From Hydrolagus affinis (Eukaryota): a DNA stretch of 64,000 nucleotides. The stretch is from NCBI GenBank assembly GCA_012026655.1, contig JAAILG010001360.1, positions 1-64,000 on the forward strand. Direction: 5' to 3'. Under the pieces are notes generated by a model. The model was not told the origin of the DNA. It saw only the letters and a program-made list of their open reading frames with translations, and searched no databases. Shown piece by piece: positions 61,700-64,000 of this stretch; position 1 is the first letter of the stretch; every line of letters starts with the position of its first letter. Both the position numbers and the translations under genes were made by a program.

Positions 61700-63803
61700 A
61701 TGGAGAAGAATTCCTGAAATGTGTACAGGACAACTTTCTTGATCAGTATGTTTCCAGTCCAACAAGGAAGGAAGCAGTGCTGGATCTAGTTTTGGGGAAT
61801 CAGGTGGGGCAACTACAACAGGTTTCTGTAGGTGAGCACCTAGGAAATAGCGATCACAATATAATTNNNNNNNNNNNNNNNNNNNNNNNNNNNNNNNNNN
61901 NNNNNNNNNNNNNNNNNNNNNNNNNNNNNNNNNNNNNNNNNNNNNNNNNNNNNNNNNNNNNNNNNNACAAGTGTCAGGCCCAAGATACAGAGGTCAACCA
62001 AGCAGAATATAGGAAGAGCAGGAGAGAACTTAAAAAGAAAATTAGAGAGGCAAAAAGACTGCATGAGAAACAATTTAGCAGGTAACATTAAAGGGAACCC
62101 TACAAACATATTAAGAGTAAAAGATTGGTCAAGAGTAGGGTGGGGCCAATTAGGGCCCAAGGAGGAAATCTTATTGTGGAGGCAGAGGGCATGACTGATG
62201 TACTGAATGAGTACTTTGCCTCTGTCTTAACAAGAGAAGAGGATGCAGCCAATACTACAGTATTGGAGGAGAGGGTAGAAGATTAGTATAAACAGAGAGG
62301 AAGTACTAAAAAGGTTGATGGCGCTCAAGATAGATAAGTCACCCGGTCCGGATGGGATGCATCCTAGGTTACTAAGGGAAGTACGGGAGCAAATAGCAGA
62401 GACTCTGGCCACAATCTTTCAATCTTCCTTGGACACAGAGGTGGTGCCAGAGGACTGGAAGGTTGCGAATATTACTCCCCTGTATGAAAAGGGGCAGAAG
62501 GACAAACCTGGGAACTACAGGCCAGTCAGTCTAAAGTCGATAGTGGGCAAACTTCTATAGTCTATAATCAGGGACAAAATAGATCTTCACTAAGAAAGAT
62601 ATAGGCTAATAAAGGACAGCCAGCATGGATTTGTTAAAAGGCAAATCTTGCCTTGCAAATCTGATAGAATTTTTCGATGAGGTAACAGAATGGGTGGACG
62701 AGGGTAGCATAGTTGATGCAGTTTACATGGACTTTCAAAAGGCATTTGACAAAGTGTTGCATGGGAGGCATATTAGGAAAGTAGGGGCTCACGGCGTTAA
62801 AGGGACAGTGGCAGCATGGATCCACAACTGGCTGTGAGACAGAAAGCAAAGAGTTGTGAGCGGCTGTTTTTCAGACTGGAGGGAAGTACTTGTGCAGTTG
62901 CTTCCCCCAGGGATCGGTAATGGGACCACTGCTCTTTTTAATATACATTAACGATCTGGACTTGGGTGTAGGGAGTTTCCAAGTTTGCAGATGATACTAA
63001 GTTAGGGAAAATAGTAAATAGTAAGGAGGATAGTAACCATCTGCAAGAAGGTATAGATAAAATGCTAAAGTGGGCAGACACATGGCAGATGAAGTTTAAT
63101 GCAGAGAAGTGTGAAGTGATACATTTTGGGAGAAGAAATGAGGGGAGGCAATAACTAACTAGCTAGTACAATTTTAAGGGGTGTGAGGGAACAGAAAGAC
63201 CTGGGGATTTGTATTAACAACTCTGAAGGTGGCAGGACAGGTAGACAAAGCCGTTTAGAAGGCATATGGGACACTCGGCTTTAGAAATAGGGGTATAGAG
63301 TAGAAAAGTCAGGAAGTGCTGACTAACCTCTATAAACTTTGGTAAGGCCTCAGCTGGAGTACTGTGTTCAATTCTGGTCACCACACTATAGAAAGGATGT
63401 TAAGGCATGGGAAAGGGTGCAAAGAAGATTTACTAGAATGGTATCAGGATTGAGGGACTTCAGTTGTGGGGAAAGGCTAGATAGGCTAGGTTTATTCTCT
63501 TTGGAACAGAGAAGGTTGAGAGGAGACCTAATAGAGGTTTATAAAATCATGAGGCGATTCGACAGGGTGAATAAGGAAAAACTGTTTCCACTGTTGGAAT
63601 CAGCGACTCGTGGTCACAGATTTAAAATAGTTTCAAAACGAAGCAGAGGGTAGCTGAGGAGAAATTTTTTCACTCAGCGGATTATTCGAATCTGGAATGC
63701 ATTGCCTAAAAAGGTGATGGAGGCCGATTCAATAACAGCTTTTAAAAGAGAATTAGATCTTTATTTAGGGAGATCAGGGCTGTTAGGTTGATTCTATGAT
63801 TCA
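61700..63803 (+). mobile_element. Large 5'-truncated CR1 LINE ORF2 remnant (endonuclease C-terminus plus RT), with frameshifts and stops
   Basis: FLDQYVSSPTRKEAVLDLVL..GEHLGNSDHNI, KSPGPDGMHPRLLRE, WKVANITPLYEKG..PGNYRPVSL, YMDFQKAFDKV, FADD (tttgcagatgat), VRPQLEYCVQFWSP, tail ttgattctatgattc. Confidence 0.95.
61867..61966. other. Assembly gap (100 N)
   Basis: Run of N. Confidence 0.99.
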
Positions 63804-64000
63804 TACCCACAGTATTATCTTCATGTCTGACCTGCCATAATGAAAAAATTGTATTTTTAACTGTATTGTGCTACTCATGGTGTATGCTATCACTGGAGCT
63901 TTCAACAAATCTTATACATCTCTTAGTGACCCAGTTGGTTAAGACACTGACCAGCCTAGCACTAAGATATAGAGATAAGTCTTTTTGATTTAGTTGATCT

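Noticed and set aside
61624-63653. RT/endonuclease ORFs as an active or domesticated gene, or as further TMEM168 exons
   Set aside because: Multiple stops and frameshifts, 5' truncation and a standard CR1 tail mark a dead CR1 copy.

Overview
Eukaryotic, AT-rich, intron-rich vertebrate DNA. The repeat content (CR1 and L2 LINE fragments, tRNA-headed SINEs with L2-type tails, Deu-domain SINEs, Tigger-like and hAT MITEs) suggests a cartilaginous fish, possibly a chimaera; this is inference. Two protein-coding genes lie in tandem on the + strand. (1) SAMTOR/BMT2 (C7orf60), the SAM sensor upstream of mTORC1: four coding exons at 7266-7407, 17552-17722, 36568-36682 and 45249-45878. They splice in frame with GT-AG sites, the first coding exon is upstream of the window, and the 3' UTR probably runs to about 51.3 kb. 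(2) TMEM168: CpG-rich promoter and probable non-coding first exon at about 53.6-54.1 kb, coding exons at 58553-59689, 60399-60541 and 61121-61395, last exon beyond the window. The BMT2-then-TMEM168 order matches human 7q31. Almost all other ORFs in the track are repeat-derived or spurious. There are two 100-N assembly gaps. I found no convincing wholly new biological system. The best leads are a stack of uORFs, including one overlapping the TMEM168 start; a candidate 48-nt in-frame or poison cassette exon in SAMTOR; a foldback MITE in the putative SAMTOR 3' UTR; a seven-copy Tigger-like MITE family; an intact hAT MITE with a perfect 8-bp TSD; and several nested insertions. Repeat boundaries are approximate unless TIRs or TSDs are quoted.
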